A DNA stretch of 36,686 bases from Anaerolineales bacterium. Its GTDB lineage: Bacteria; Chloroflexota; Anaerolineae; Anaerolineales; Villigracilaceae. The DNA lies in NCBI GenBank assembly GCA_046704785.1, contig JBJKRF010000136.1, forward strand, positions 1 through 36,686, in the 5' to 3' direction. The translations under genes and the position numbers were made by a program. Numbering within the stretch: position 1 is the stretch's first letter; the number at the start of each line of letters is the position of its first letter. The notes below the pieces were generated by a model. It saw only the letters and a program-made list of their open reading frames with translations. It searched no databases and was not told the DNA's origin. Of this stretch, positions 25,906 to 35,597 are shown in pieces.

Positions 25906-26607
25906 TCAGAACAGGAAATAGCCCAACAGCGCGGCGGCCACCGTCAGTGTCAGGTTGTCGATGTCCTTATAAGGCAGCGACTCCACCGCCGCAGCGAGCA
26001 ACGCAATCAACGTCACCGGGAGCAGGGAATACGCAAAAGGGGCAGCGAACACGCCAGCAGCCACGTAAACGCTCAGGACGAGCAGTGCCAGGCTCCAGCC
26101 GCCGAGGAAGACGCTGATCGAGCCGGCAACGCTCTTTTCACGCGACCAGGGCAAACGGGGGGAACGAACGCGCCGCCCGACGAGGTCGGCAATGCCGTCG
26201 CCGCCGCACATCAACATCAGCGCGACGATGCCTGTTGGCGAGTCCTTCCAAAAAATCAATGTAAGCAACACGAATACGATTCCGTAGTATAGCGGCCCGC
26301 GCAGAATCTCGCGCCGGTCGCCGCTGCGCGACATGGCCTGAACGGAGGCTTCGTCCTTGACCAGCCCAAAGCCAACCAGCGCGAACTGTACGGTGATGGC
26401 AAGCGGTACCAAGGCGGCCAGCCAGCGCGCGTCGGGCGTATCTTGAAAGAGCAGCCAACACAGCACATAGATTGGGCCGGTGCCGATGTGGATGATTTTG
26501 CGGCTCAAGCGGCTCTCGATCCAGCCACGCTGCGCAGCAAAGTCCAACAGGCGCAACCAGGCCAGCGCGGCAGCAAAGGTCAAGATGGTGGCAAAGATGT
26601 TATTCAT
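25906..26607 (-). CDS. CTP-dependent polyprenol/phytol/dolichol kinase-like membrane protein (CdsA superfamily)
   Basis: Polytopic membrane protein with C-terminal CGGDGIADLVGRRVR...REKSVAGSISVFLGG, as in phytol- and dolichol-kinase or CdsA-type cytidylyltransferase motifs. The supplied ORF starts at TTG. ATG at 26607 (MNNIF) has GGAG upstream. Confidence 0.55.
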   Translation of the reverse strand: MNNIFATILTFAAALAWLRLLDFAAQRGWIESRLSRKIIHIGTGPIYVLCWLLFQDTPDARWLAALVPLAITVQFALVGFGLVKDEASVQAMSRSGDRREILRGPLYYGIVFVLLTLIFWKDSPTGIVALMLMCGGDGIADLVGRRVRSPRLPWSREKSVAGSISVFLGGWSLALLVLSVYVAAGVFAAPFAYSLLPVTLIALLAAAVESLPYKDIDNLTLTVAAALLGYFLF

Positions 26608-26753
26608 GCGGTCTCCAATGGGTGGCGGGGCGGTTCGAGAGTCTTGCAAACCTTTCCAATAACAACACCACGCGATCTTGCAAGAAACGCCGCCAAACAG
26701 GCCATACGCAGGCTCTTGGGAGTATGACGAAACAGATATAATGAGCGCAATTT

Positions 26754-27443
26754 ATGGACAACCTCCCTTCGCCTGCTCAAGAATTTTGGCGCGGTGCGCG
26801 CGCCGAACTGCCAATCCTGCTAGGCGTGATACCTTTCGGTATGATCTATGGCATTCTGGCGCTCAGCGCCGGACTCAGCCCCACCGCAGCGCAAAGCATG
26901 TCGGCTATCGTCTTCGCCGGTTCGGCGCAGTTTCTGACCGCGCAATTGGCCTATGCCGGTGTACCGGCGCTGATCATCATCTTGACAGGATTCGTGGTGA
27001 ACCTGCGACACGCCCTGTACAGTGCGTCGCTCTCGCCCCACATCAAAGACCTGAATCCGCTCTGGAAAACAGTGCTTTCGTACCTACTGACCGACGAGGC
27101 TTACGCCGTGACGGTAACGCATTACAATCGCGGCGATAACCCCGTGCACAAACATTGGTTCTTTTTGGGAGCCGGTTTGGCTTTATGGACCTCGTGGCAG
27201 ATCAGTACCGGGATGGGGATTTTCGTCGGGGCGCAGATTCCCGCGAACTGGGGCCTGGATTTCACCCTGGCTTTGACATTTATTGCCCTGGCCGTCCCCG
27301 CCATTGAGGACCGGCCCAGCCTGCTGGCCGCCGTCTCCGCCGGCCTGACCACCGTCCTTGCTTCTGCCTTGCCCTACAAACTAAGCCTGCTGGCAGCGGC
27401 CTTCGTGGGAATTTCCGTCGGCCTGTGGAGCGAAAAGAAATGA
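26754..27443 (+). CDS. azlC: AzlC-family branched-chain amino acid exporter subunit
   Basis: ELPILLGVIPFGMIYGILA...AIVFAGSAQF is a typical AzlC N-terminus. Its stop overlaps the azlD start as ATGA. Confidence 0.8.
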   Translation: MDNLPSPAQEFWRGARAELPILLGVIPFGMIYGILALSAGLSPTAAQSMSAIVFAGSAQFLTAQLAYAGVPALIIILTGFVVNLRHALYSASLSPHIKDLNPLWKTVLSYLLTDEAYAVTVTHYNRGDNPVHKHWFFLGAGLALWTSWQISTGMGIFVGAQIPANWGLDFTLALTFIALAVPAIEDRPSLLAAVSAGLTTVLASALPYKLSLLAAAFVGISVGLWSEKK

Positions 27444-27763
27444 ACAACATCTGGTTTGCCATGATCGGATTGGGGATTTTGACCTTTCTGACGCGCTACT
27501 CATTCATCGTGCTCTTTCATCGCATGGACACCCCGGCACTCGTCAAACGCGGACTCCGCTTCGTACCCGTGGCCGTGCTAACGGCCATCTTCGTCCCTGA
27601 GCTGGTCATGCCAGACGGCGCCCTGGCCCTCGCCCCCAGTAATTTACGTCTGCTGGCAGGATTGGTCGCCATCCTGGTGGCTTGGCGCACCAAAAACGTG
27701 CTCTGGACCATTGTGATTGGCATGGCCGTGTTTTGGGGTTTGAAAGCAATTGGGGGAACGTAA
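27440..27763 (+). CDS. azlD: AzlD-family branched-chain amino acid transport protein
   Basis: Small (107 aa) 3-4 TM protein (MNNIWFAMIGLGILTFLTRYSFIVLF) immediately after azlC. Confidence 0.75.
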   Translation: MNNIWFAMIGLGILTFLTRYSFIVLFHRMDTPALVKRGLRFVPVAVLTAIFVPELVMPDGALALAPSNLRLLAGLVAILVAWRTKNVLWTIVIGMAVFWGLKAIGGT

Positions 27764-27799
27764 CCACAGGCACATCATGAGAAAAATGTAATTTTTGTC

Positions 27800-27828
27800 T
27801 TGCATCCCAGAAGTATTTGTGCTAGAAT
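27800..27828 (+). promoter_or_regulatory. Promoter TTGCAT-17 nt-TAGAAT for the nusA operon
   Basis: -35 at 27800-27805 and -10 at 27823-27828, about 110 nt upstream of the nusA ATG. Confidence 0.5.
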
Positions 27829-27858
27829 CCCGCACGTTCGGCCAATATCGCAAGCACC

Positions 27859-27883
27859 GAAAAGTGGGCAAGCCCCACTTTTC
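27859..27883 (+). promoter_or_regulatory. Leader hairpin GAAAAGTGGG-caagc-CCCACTTTTC in the nusA 5' UTR; candidate attenuator
   Basis: 10-bp stem whose 3' arm ends in UUUUC and is followed by UGCUUGU. It lies between the predicted TSS and the nusA start. Confidence 0.35.
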
Positions 27884-27941
27884 TGCTTGTATGGGTATTC
27901 GCTTTATCCGGCATTCGTCTCTTTGGGGAGTACGCTTCAGT

Positions 27942-29825
27942 ATGAAAAACGAGTTTAGTCTGGCTTTCAATGAAGTTCTGGAAGAAAAACAGCTTCCAAA
28001 AGAAGTCATCTTGAGCGCATTGGAATCGGCGATGGTGTCAGCTTATCGACGCGCCGTTAACGCTTCGAGCGCCCAGCACGTGGAAGCCAAGGTTGACCCT
28101 GAAACCGGCAAAGTGACCATTTACGCCGAGAAAGAGGTCGTCGAGGGTGTGCAAGATGAGCGCACCGAGGTCGAACTGGAGGACGCACACCAAGTCGATC
28201 CGACGGCGGAAGTCGGCGACATGGTCATTGTCGAGAGCACACCTGGGGATTTCGGGCGCGTGGCTGCACAGACAGCGCGTCAGGTCATTCAACAGCGCAT
28301 CCGTGAGGCCGAACGCAGCGCTCAACTGGAATACTTCGAACGCCAGACCGGTGAAATTATCAGTGGCGTGGTGCAGGCCGTCAACAACCAGACGGTGACC
28401 TTGGGCCTGGATATGAAAGCCGAAGGCGTGATGCCTGCCAACCAGAAGATCCCGGGCGAGAGATTCCGGGTGCACGACCGCGTACGCGCCATTATTATGG
28501 AAGTCAAAGACGGCGCCCGCGGGCCACAGATTATCCTATCGCGGGCCCATCGAAATTTTCTGCGTCGCTTGTTGGAGAACGAAGTTCCCGAAATCTACCA
28601 TGGCATCGTCGAGATTCGAGCTATAGCTCGCGAGCCAGGCCAACGCGCCAAAGTGGCGGTTTCGGCAACGCAGCCAGGCGTGGATCCTGTGGGAGCCTGC
28701 GTGGGCGTCAAGGGGGTGCGCATCCAGGCCATTGTCAAAGAACTGCACGATGAAAAGATCGACATCATCGAGTGGAATCAGGACTCCGTAATCTACATCT
28801 CGAAGGCTATCAGCCCTGCACGCGTCAGTGGTGTATACCTGGCCGACGGAGAAAAGACCGCCACGGTGGTTGTGATGGAAGATCAGCTTTCGCTGGCGAT
28901 TGGCCGGGATGGGCAAAATGCCCGTCTGGCCGCCAAATTGACCGGCTGGCGCATCGACATCAAATCGGTGGTGGAGGCAGCCGGCGACACGCTTCATAAG
29001 CTGCAAACCGAGGCATCTCTGGTGCAAACTGCCGAGGCAGAAGCGGAAAATATGGTGAAGGTGGATGAAATCCTGGTCAAAAAGGCAGAGGGCCGTCCAC
29101 TGACGCCAGAAGAATACCAGGTATTGGCACAATTCATCGACCGTGTCGAACGGCGCGCCTATGAACGTCAACGCGCTGTGGAACAGGCCGCCGCCGAAAA
29201 AGTGGAGGCAGTCCATGCCGAAATCGGTAAAGCGGCTTTCGAACAATCGTTGGATGTTTTGGAACTCCCCGAACATGTTTACAACATCCTGACCGAAGCC
29301 GACTACCGCACAGCGGGCGACCTGTTGCTGGCAATGAAACTCGATTCTGACAAGGTGCTTGGCCTGCCCGGCATCGGTCCAAAGGCCATGCAAGCCATCG
29401 AAAAAGCTGTCACGGAGGCAACATTTGCCGCACCAGAACCCGTTGTGGAAGAGGAAGTAGCCACCGTCGAAACGGAGACCGAAGCCCCGGTGGAGCCTGA
29501 AGCGGTTACTGAACCCGCTACCGAGGCTCCTGAAGAAACGGCTGTCGAAGTCGAAGAGGCAACGGAAGAAGTTGAAGAAGAGCCAATAACCCCTGAAGCA
29601 AAAGAGGGCGTGGCGCCGGAAGTGTCCTTCGAGGAGATGTTCAGGTTGCGACCTGAAAACATCGATGCGGATGCGGACGAAGATGAAGAATCCGGCAAAA
29701 AGGGTAAGAAATCCAAAAAAGGCAAGAAATCCGTGGAATATGAGTTCGACGAGTCCATCGGTGAGGTCGTTGGTCACAAGAAGCACAAACGCGGCGATGC
29801 CGAATGGACCGAAGAAGAATGGTAA
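27942..29825 (+). CDS. nusA: Transcription termination/antitermination factor NusA, with long acidic/Lys-rich C-terminal extension
   Basis: [37 protein letters not shown] is a canonical NusA N-terminus. S1 and KH regions follow ([20 protein letters not shown]). The 3' about 130 codons encode an E/T/A/P-rich acidic tail and a [12 protein letters not shown] stretch. Confidence 0.9.
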   Translation: MKNEFSLAFNEVLEEKQLPKEVILSALESAMVSAYRRAVNASSAQHVEAKVDPETGKVTIYAEKEVVEGVQDERTEVELEDAHQVDPTAEVGDMVIVESTPGDFGRVAAQTARQVIQQRIREAERSAQLEYFERQTGEIISGVVQAVNNQTVTLGLDMKAEGVMPANQKIPGERFRVHDRVRAIIMEVKDGARGPQIILSRAHRNFLRRLLENEVPEIYHGIVEIRAIAREPGQRAKVAVSATQPGVDPVGACVGVKGVRIQAIVKELHDEKIDIIEWNQDSVIYISKAISPARVSGVYLADGEKTATVVVMEDQLSLAIGRDGQNARLAAKLTGWRIDIKSVVEAAGDTLHKLQTEASLVQTAEAEAENMVKVDEILVKKAEGRPLTPEEYQVLAQFIDRVERRAYERQRAVEQAAAEKVEAVHAEIGKAAFEQSLDVLELPEHVYNILTEADYRTAGDLLLAMKLDSDKVLGLPGIGPKAMQAIEKAVTEATFAAPEPVVEEEVATVETETEAPVEPEAVTEPATEAPEETAVEVEEATEEVEEEPITPEAKEGVAPEVSFEEMFRLRPENIDADADEDEESGKKGKKSKKGKKSVEYEFDESIGEVVGHKKHKRGDAEWTEEEW

Positions 29826-29831
29826 AAAACG

Positions 29832-30161
29832 ATGGCCGGGAAACCCGCCAGACCCAGGCACATCCCCCAACGGACTTGTGTGGGCTGCCGTGAAGTGTTG
29901 CCGAAGCGTACGTTGCTGCGCATCGTGCGCAGGCCAGACGGGGTTTTCGTCGACCCGACAGGCAAGATGAACGGGAGAGGTGCTTATCTGCACAATCGCA
30001 AGTCTTGCTGGGAGCGTGGTTTGAAGGGGCCGCTGGCGAATGCGCTGAAAGCGACCCTGACAAGCGAAGACCGGCAGCGGCTGGAAGAATTCCTGTCCAC
30101 GCTACCGGAAGATTCCGCCGAGACCCCGGCGGGGCAAGCGGCGGAATCGTCGAATGCCTGA
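29832..30161 (+). CDS. YlxR-family (DUF448) RNA-binding protein
   Basis: PQRTCVGCREVLPKRTLLRIVR...GRGAYLH is the conserved YlxR motif. It sits at the canonical position between nusA and infB. Confidence 0.8.
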   Translation: MAGKPARPRHIPQRTCVGCREVLPKRTLLRIVRRPDGVFVDPTGKMNGRGAYLHNRKSCWERGLKGPLANALKATLTSEDRQRLEEFLSTLPEDSAETPAGQAAESSNA

Positions 30162-30258
30162 GTGTAAACGCAATGTGAAAGTATAGAATCGCTCACACGG
30201 CACACACCAGGCATCCGCTCGCAAGGGTGGGACGCATTTCATCGCAGGAGTTGTCCTT

Positions 30259-32034
30259 ATGAGCGATAAAAAACTTGAAATTCCCGCGGGCCTGAGTGTC
30301 CGCGATCTCGCCGAGAAAATGGGCGCCAGCCCAATCGACATTATCAAGAAATTAATGGCGAACGGTGTGATGGCCTCCATCAACCAGATGGTCGATTTTG
30401 ACACTGCCGCCATCGTCGCAGCCGAATTTGGTTACGAAGCCGTCCCCGAAGCGCAGGTTGTCGAGAAAAAGGAAGAAACAGGCGAGGTACCGCTTTGGCG
30501 GCAGAAAATTGCCGACGAAAAGGAAGCTGATCTGGTCAGCCGGCCTCCGGTGGTGACCATCCTCGGTCATGTGGATCACGGCAAGACCTCGCTGTTGGAT
30601 GCCATCCGACAGACGAATGTAGCCAGCGGCGAGGCGGGTGGCATCACACAACACATTGGCGCGTATCAGGTCGAAAAAGAAGGACGCCTGATCACATTTC
30701 TCGATACGCCCGGTCACGCAGCGTTCACGGCCATGCGCGCCCGTGGCGCACAAGGCGCCGACATTGTGGTGCTGGTAGTGGCAGCCGATGATGGCGTTAT
30801 GCCACAAACGCGCGAGGCCGTTGCCCACGCAAAGGCAGCCCGCGTGCCGATTGTGGTGGCGCTGAACAAGGTTGATAAATCCAACGCCAACCCAGACCGC
30901 GTCAAAAATCAGCTTTCTGAGTTGGAATTGGTGCCGGACGATTGGGGCGGCGATACTACGGTCGTACCCGTTTCGGCCAAACAGAAGACCGGCATCAGCG
31001 ATTTGTTGGCAGCTATTTTATTGGTGGCGGATAGCACCGATATCCGCGCCAACCCGCAAGGGAAAGTCATCGGTTCGGTGATCGAGGCAGAACTGGATAA
31101 AGCCAGGGGGGTGGTCGCTACACTATTGGTGCAAAACGGAACGTTGAAAAGTGGAAACATCGTGGTCGCCGGGCGAGGGCATGGGCGCCTGCGCGCGATG
31201 TTCGACTATAAAGGCAAACCCGTCCAAAAGGCAGGGCCTTCCATGCCGGTGTCTGTGCTTGGGCTGAGTGACGTTCCCGCAGCAGGCGAACTGTTCGAAG
31301 TGGTCAAAAGCGAACACGATGCGCGTGAGATCGTTCTCGCGCATCAGAATGCCGCCAAGAAACAATCGACAACGGCGAAGATGTCGCTGGAAGACCTATT
31401 CGCCAAATACAAAGCCGGCGAGTTGAAGGAACTGCGCCTGATTCTGAAGGCCGACGTGCAAGGCTCGTTGGAACCAATCGTCAAAGAGGTCAACCAATTG
31501 GCCAAAGGCAGCACGGAAATTGCCATCAAGGTGCTCTACGCCGAAACCGGGAACATCGGTGAAAACGATGTGATGCTGGCTTCGGCCTCCAAGGCGATCA
31601 TCGTTGGATTCAACGTCCAGGCGGAAGTTGCCGCCCGGCGGTTGGCAGAGGCGGAGGGCGTGTCCATTCGCCTGTACGACGTGATCTATCGCCTGACAGA
31701 AGACATCGAGAAAGCCGTCAAAGGCATGCTCCAACCGGAATATATCGAGAAAGTGGTTGGCAAAGCGCATGTATTACAGGTCTTCCCGATCTCGAAAGTT
31801 GGCAAAGTAGCCGGATGCCGCGTAACCGATGGGGAGGTACGTCGCAACGGTAAAATCCGCCTGTACCGGGGCACAGACCTGCTCTACGACGGCGAGGTTG
31901 GCTCGCTCAAGCACGAAAAGGAAGATGTACGCGAAGTTCGCCAGGGCTATGAGTGCGGTGTCGGCCTGAAGAACTTCAATAACGTCGAAGTGGGCGATGC
32001 GCTCGAATGTTATATTCTGGAAAAAGCTGTGTAG
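30259..32034 (+). CDS. infB: Translation initiation factor IF-2 (short form, 591 aa)
   Basis: G-domain motifs [17 protein letters not shown] and NKVD, plus the C-terminal beta-barrel domains. GCAGGAG RBS. Confidence 0.95.
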   Translation: MSDKKLEIPAGLSVRDLAEKMGASPIDIIKKLMANGVMASINQMVDFDTAAIVAAEFGYEAVPEAQVVEKKEETGEVPLWRQKIADEKEADLVSRPPVVTILGHVDHGKTSLLDAIRQTNVASGEAGGITQHIGAYQVEKEGRLITFLDTPGHAAFTAMRARGAQGADIVVLVVAADDGVMPQTREAVAHAKAARVPIVVALNKVDKSNANPDRVKNQLSELELVPDDWGGDTTVVPVSAKQKTGISDLLAAILLVADSTDIRANPQGKVIGSVIEAELDKARGVVATLLVQNGTLKSGNIVVAGRGHGRLRAMFDYKGKPVQKAGPSMPVSVLGLSDVPAAGELFEVVKSEHDAREIVLAHQNAAKKQSTTAKMSLEDLFAKYKAGELKELRLILKADVQGSLEPIVKEVNQLAKGSTEIAIKVLYAETGNIGENDVMLASASKAIIVGFNVQAEVAARRLAEAEGVSIRLYDVIYRLTEDIEKAVKGMLQPEYIEKVVGKAHVLQVFPISKVGKVAGCRVTDGEVRRNGKIRLYRGTDLLYDGEVGSLKHEKEDVREVRQGYECGVGLKNFNNVEVGDALECYILEKAV

Positions 32035-32042
32035 TGTGAACC

Positions 32043-32417
32043 ATGCCATCGGATATTCGCTTGCAACGGATCGCGGACCGCATCCGCGAAGAACTATCGA
32101 GCATGTTGCTCAAAGAGATCAGCGACCCGCGCCTGCATCAAATCTACGTGACCGATGTGCGCGTCGATCGTGAATTGGCCTATGCCGACGTATACGTTTC
32201 CGCAGTAGAAGGAAAGTCGCGCGCGGCGGATGTCCTTTCAGGCCTGGAAAGCGCCAACGGTTTTTTGCGTCGAGCACTGTCTGCCCGCGTAGAACTACGC
32301 GTCTTTCCGCGCTTACGGTTTCATTGGGACCCTACACCCGAAAACGCCGACCACATCGAAGAGGTTTTGTCTCGTCTTCATCAAGAGGAAGACCAATCGT
32401 CGGCAACTAAGAAATAA
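32043..32417 (+). CDS. rbfA: Ribosome-binding factor A
   Basis: RLQRIADRIREELSSML...VTDVRVDRELAYADVY is typical RbfA. It starts 8 nt after infB. Confidence 0.9.
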   Translation: MPSDIRLQRIADRIREELSSMLLKEISDPRLHQIYVTDVRVDRELAYADVYVSAVEGKSRAADVLSGLESANGFLRRALSARVELRVFPRLRFHWDPTPENADHIEEVLSRLHQEEDQSSATKK

Positions 32418-32484
32418 GTCACCTGTACGGCCGGATAAATTTGTGGCAATATCAAAATATCAATTTGGAGGACTTCCCGCAGGC

Positions 32485-33444
32485 ATGAATCTTGATATCA
32501 ATGCTGCCATTCGAGAGCGTTTTTCTATCGCAAGAACGATCATGATCGTTTCGCACGTTCGCCCGGATGGAGACGCTGTTGGCTCATTATTGGCATTGGG
32601 GTTGGCGCTGCAACAGGCTGGAAAAACTGTCCACATGGTATTGGTCGACGGGGTTCCGGCTTCCTTTCGGCATCTACCAGGCAGTGAGCAGGTCACTACC
32701 GAGCCGGCAGGGGAAGTCGATGTCTTCGTCAGCGTCGATTGCGCTGACTTCAAACGAACTGGCAGCCCCCTGACGGGCTATCGCAAACCCGATATCAACA
32801 TCGATCACCATGTGACGAACGAGAATTTTGGAGAATTGAACCTGATCGAGCCTGAAGCGGTGGCGACTTGCGCCATCCTGGCCGACCACATCCCCCTATG
32901 GGGACTGGACATCACGCCTCCCGTAGCCGCCAATCTCGTTACCGGCATCATTACCGACACGATTGGATTCCGCACATCCAACACCAACCCGGCTGCGCTC
33001 CGTCAGGTTGCTTCCCTGATGGAGACAGGCATCAATCTTCCTGAACTTTACAATACCGCTCTCAACCGGCGTTCCTATCAGGCGGCTCGCTACTGGGGTG
33101 CGGGTCTATCCAACCTGAAAGAGACCGATGGTGTCGTTTATGCCACGTTGAGTCTCACCGACCGCAAAGAGAGTGGCTACGAGGGTAATGACGATGCAGA
33201 CTTGATCAACATTATCTCATCCATCGAAGGTCACACTGTTGGAATGGTTTTCGTCGACCAGGGCGATAGCGTCAAAATTTCATGGCGCGCACTACAACCT
33301 GGCATCGATGTCTCAAAGATCGCCAAACAGTTCGGGGGAGGCGGTCATCAGGCTGCTGCCGGCGCCGACATTGCCGGAACCATGGACGAAATCCAGCCGC
33401 GCGTACTGCAGGCAACGCGCGACATATTAGGGCGCCATCAATAA
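32485..33444 (+). CDS. nrnA: DHH-family phosphoesterase, NrnA-like (oligoribonuclease/pAp phosphatase)
   Basis: IVSHVRPDGDAVGS, DHH motif (DHHVTN) and DHHA1-like C-terminus (GGGH). Supplied ORF 32443 starts at GTG. ATG 32485 was chosen, although GGAGG lies 14 nt upstream, so the start is uncertain. Confidence 0.7.
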   Translation: MNLDINAAIRERFSIARTIMIVSHVRPDGDAVGSLLALGLALQQAGKTVHMVLVDGVPASFRHLPGSEQVTTEPAGEVDVFVSVDCADFKRTGSPLTGYRKPDINIDHHVTNENFGELNLIEPEAVATCAILADHIPLWGLDITPPVAANLVTGIITDTIGFRTSNTNPAALRQVASLMETGINLPELYNTALNRRSYQAARYWGAGLSNLKETDGVVYATLSLTDRKESGYEGNDDADLINIISSIEGHTVGMVFVDQGDSVKISWRALQPGIDVSKIAKQFGGGGHQAAAGADIAGTMDEIQPRVLQATRDILGRHQ

Positions 33445-33456
33445 AAAGGAAACAGG

Positions 33457-33506
33457 GGTGTGGGCGGTTGCGCAACAGATCCAAAGGCTGTGAAGCCGCC
33501 CACACC
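33457..33506. repeat. G-rich extragenic palindrome (GGTGTGGGCGG-28 nt-CCGCCCACACC)
   Basis: 11-bp perfect stem. The loop contains the palindrome TTGCGCAA. It lies between nrnA and truB and shares the GGGGTGTG-GGCGG core with the element at 9930. Confidence 0.5.
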
Positions 33507-33579
33507 TCCCTGATCTCCCCTAAAACATTGAGGCAGTGCCTACCAAGCTTATTGTGAGTATTTCCAGGAGGATAAGAAC

Positions 33580-34500
33580 ATGGAATCCCAGGACATCAAA
33601 AACGCAATTTCCGGCGTTCTCGTCGTAGACAAACCGGTCGGTATGACCTCGCACGACGTGGTGCAGGCAATTCGCCTGGGCACCAATATTCGCCGTGCCG
33701 GGCATACAGGCACCCTCGACCCACGCGCCTCGGGCGTGTTGGTCATCCTCGTCGGCCCGGCAGTGCGTTTGAGCGAATACGTCTCGGCCTCTGACAAACG
33801 CTATCAGGCAATCGTCCGCCTGGGCGCGTCGACAGACACCTACGATGCGGATGGCCGTTTTACCCAGCAATCGAACGTGCCCGTCAACATCACCGAGGCC
33901 CAATTCAACGAGACCTTGCAAAAGTTCGTTGGCGAGATCGAGCAGACCCCTCCGCCCTATTCGGCGGTCAAGGTGAAGGGACGTCGCGCTTACGACATGG
34001 CCCGCGAAGGCGAAGACGTGGAACTGACCCCGCGCAAGATCAACGTTTACCATCTCGAAGTGCTCGAATGGGCGCCCCCCGAAGTAGTTGTCGATGTGCA
34101 TTGCTCGTCGGGCACCTACGTCCGTTCGCTGGCAAACGACCTGGGCAACGCGCTCGGTTGTGGCGCCTACCTGGTTGGCCTGCGCCGCACCAAAAGCGGA
34201 CGCTTCAGCCTGCGTGACGCCGTGCCGCTGCGCAAATTGCAAGATGCCTTCCGCGCCGGCAACTGGTACCAATACCTGATTCCCGCTGCCGAGGCCCTGG
34301 CCGACTGGCCTGCTGTGGAACTCGATCCTGACCAGGTGGAAGCCGTCAAGCACGGCCATCGCGTTCCCGCCCGCGCCGAAGACAAACCCGGCCAGGATAA
34401 CCTGGTACGCGGCGTCAGTATGGCAGGTGAACTGGTGGCGCTAATGGAACTCGATACCGAAGCCAGCGAGTGGCAACCGAAAAAAGTTTTCTTCTCCTAA
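33580..34500 (+). CDS. truB: tRNA pseudouridine(55) synthase TruB
   Basis: GVLVVDKPVGMTSHDVV and HTGTLDP catalytic-Asp motif. CAGGAGGA RBS. Confidence 0.9.
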   Translation: MESQDIKNAISGVLVVDKPVGMTSHDVVQAIRLGTNIRRAGHTGTLDPRASGVLVILVGPAVRLSEYVSASDKRYQAIVRLGASTDTYDADGRFTQQSNVPVNITEAQFNETLQKFVGEIEQTPPPYSAVKVKGRRAYDMAREGEDVELTPRKINVYHLEVLEWAPPEVVVDVHCSSGTYVRSLANDLGNALGCGAYLVGLRRTKSGRFSLRDAVPLRKLQDAFRAGNWYQYLIPAAEALADWPAVELDPDQVEAVKHGHRVPARAEDKPGQDNLVRGVSMAGELVALMELDTEASEWQPKKVFFS

Positions 34501-34503
34501 CCT

Positions 34504-35454
34504 ATGCAGCACGCCCACTCCCTGGCAGCCGTTTCCCTGCGTGATTCCTGGCTCACCATTGGCGTGTTCGATGGAGTCCATCGCGGCCACCAGGAAATCA
34601 TTCGTGAATTAACGGCAGGCGCCCATGCAGATCGCGCGCCTGCCGTTCTGCTTACTTTTTCCCCACATCCCGCCGTCGTATTGGCTGGCAGCGACCTCAA
34701 ACACCTGACCACGTTAGAGGAGCGCGTCGAACTACTGGCAGAAATGGGTCTCGACACCGTCATCACTTACCCATTCACCCGGCAGGTTGCCGAGCGTAGC
34801 GCCGAGGACTTCATGCTTGAGCTGAAACGACACCTGGACTTGCGTCATCTCTTGATTGGCTACGACTTCGCCCTGGGGAAAAAACGCACCGGCGATTATG
34901 CGCGCCTATCCGCAATCGGCGCGGAATTGGGATATGGTGTACGCGCCTTCGAGGCTTTCCGTCTCGACGGCGAAATCGTCTCATCCACCCTCATCCGCCA
35001 ACTGATCGCAAACGGAGACGTTGCCGCCGCCGCCGTCAAATTGGGCCGCCCCTACGCTTTGACGGGAACCGTCATCCGCGGCGATGGGCGTGGACGCACC
35101 ATTGGCGTTCCGACCGCCAACCTCGATTTTCCTCTCGAAAAAGCCATCCCGGCCAACGGCGTATACGCCTGCTGGGCCATGGTCGAGGGAGCACAACACA
35201 AAGCCATGGTCAATGTTGGCGTGCGTCCTACCTTTACCAGTGGTGAAGTCCTGTCACACGTGGAGGCGCACCTGCTCAACTACGAGGCCGACTTGTACGG
35301 CAAAAAGCTCCAGCTACGCTTTGTGGAACGCCTGCGCAGCGAGCAAAAATTCTCTTCGGTGGAGGCGCTGGTGGCGCAAATTAAAGCCGACATCGCCCGG
35401 GGAGATGCCCTGTTGAACAATCCGCAATTCGGGGTAGCGGCGCGGCAAAATTAG
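34504..35454 (+). CDS. ribF: Bifunctional riboflavin kinase/FMN adenylyltransferase
   Basis: TIGVFDGVHRGHQ, the riboflavin-kinase C-terminal domain (GDGRGRTIGVPTANL) and the conserved truB-ribF order. Confidence 0.9.
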   Translation: MQHAHSLAAVSLRDSWLTIGVFDGVHRGHQEIIRELTAGAHADRAPAVLLTFSPHPAVVLAGSDLKHLTTLEERVELLAEMGLDTVITYPFTRQVAERSAEDFMLELKRHLDLRHLLIGYDFALGKKRTGDYARLSAIGAELGYGVRAFEAFRLDGEIVSSTLIRQLIANGDVAAAAVKLGRPYALTGTVIRGDGRGRTIGVPTANLDFPLEKAIPANGVYACWAMVEGAQHKAMVNVGVRPTFTSGEVLSHVEAHLLNYEADLYGKKLQLRFVERLRSEQKFSSVEALVAQIKADIARGDALLNNPQFGVAARQN

Positions 35455-35512
35455 TCGGCGGGGGAGACAGCCGAGGTTCCGCCTACCAAGCCACGGGTCG
35501 ATTGATCGGTGG

Positions 35513-35570
35513 CAACTTTTTTTAAAGGGGAACGTATACTGTGATACGGCGGGGAACCCCGCCCGTTTTG
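35513..35570 (+). terminator. Weak terminator-like signals after ribF (T7 run at 35513-35519; hairpin GGCGGGG-aa-CCCCGCC followed by CGTTTTG)
   Basis: There is a T-run and a short GC hairpin followed by T4. Neither is a textbook terminator. Confidence 0.3.
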
Positions 35571-35597
35571 ACGGAATCCACCTGGAGGTTTTTTTCG

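Noticed and set aside
28536-29993. 485-aa minus-strand ORF opposite nusA
   Set aside because: nusA on the plus strand is unambiguous. The antisense ORF is a long open frame created by GC bias.
33520-34359. 279-aa minus-strand ORF opposite truB
   Set aside because: truB on the plus strand is unambiguous.
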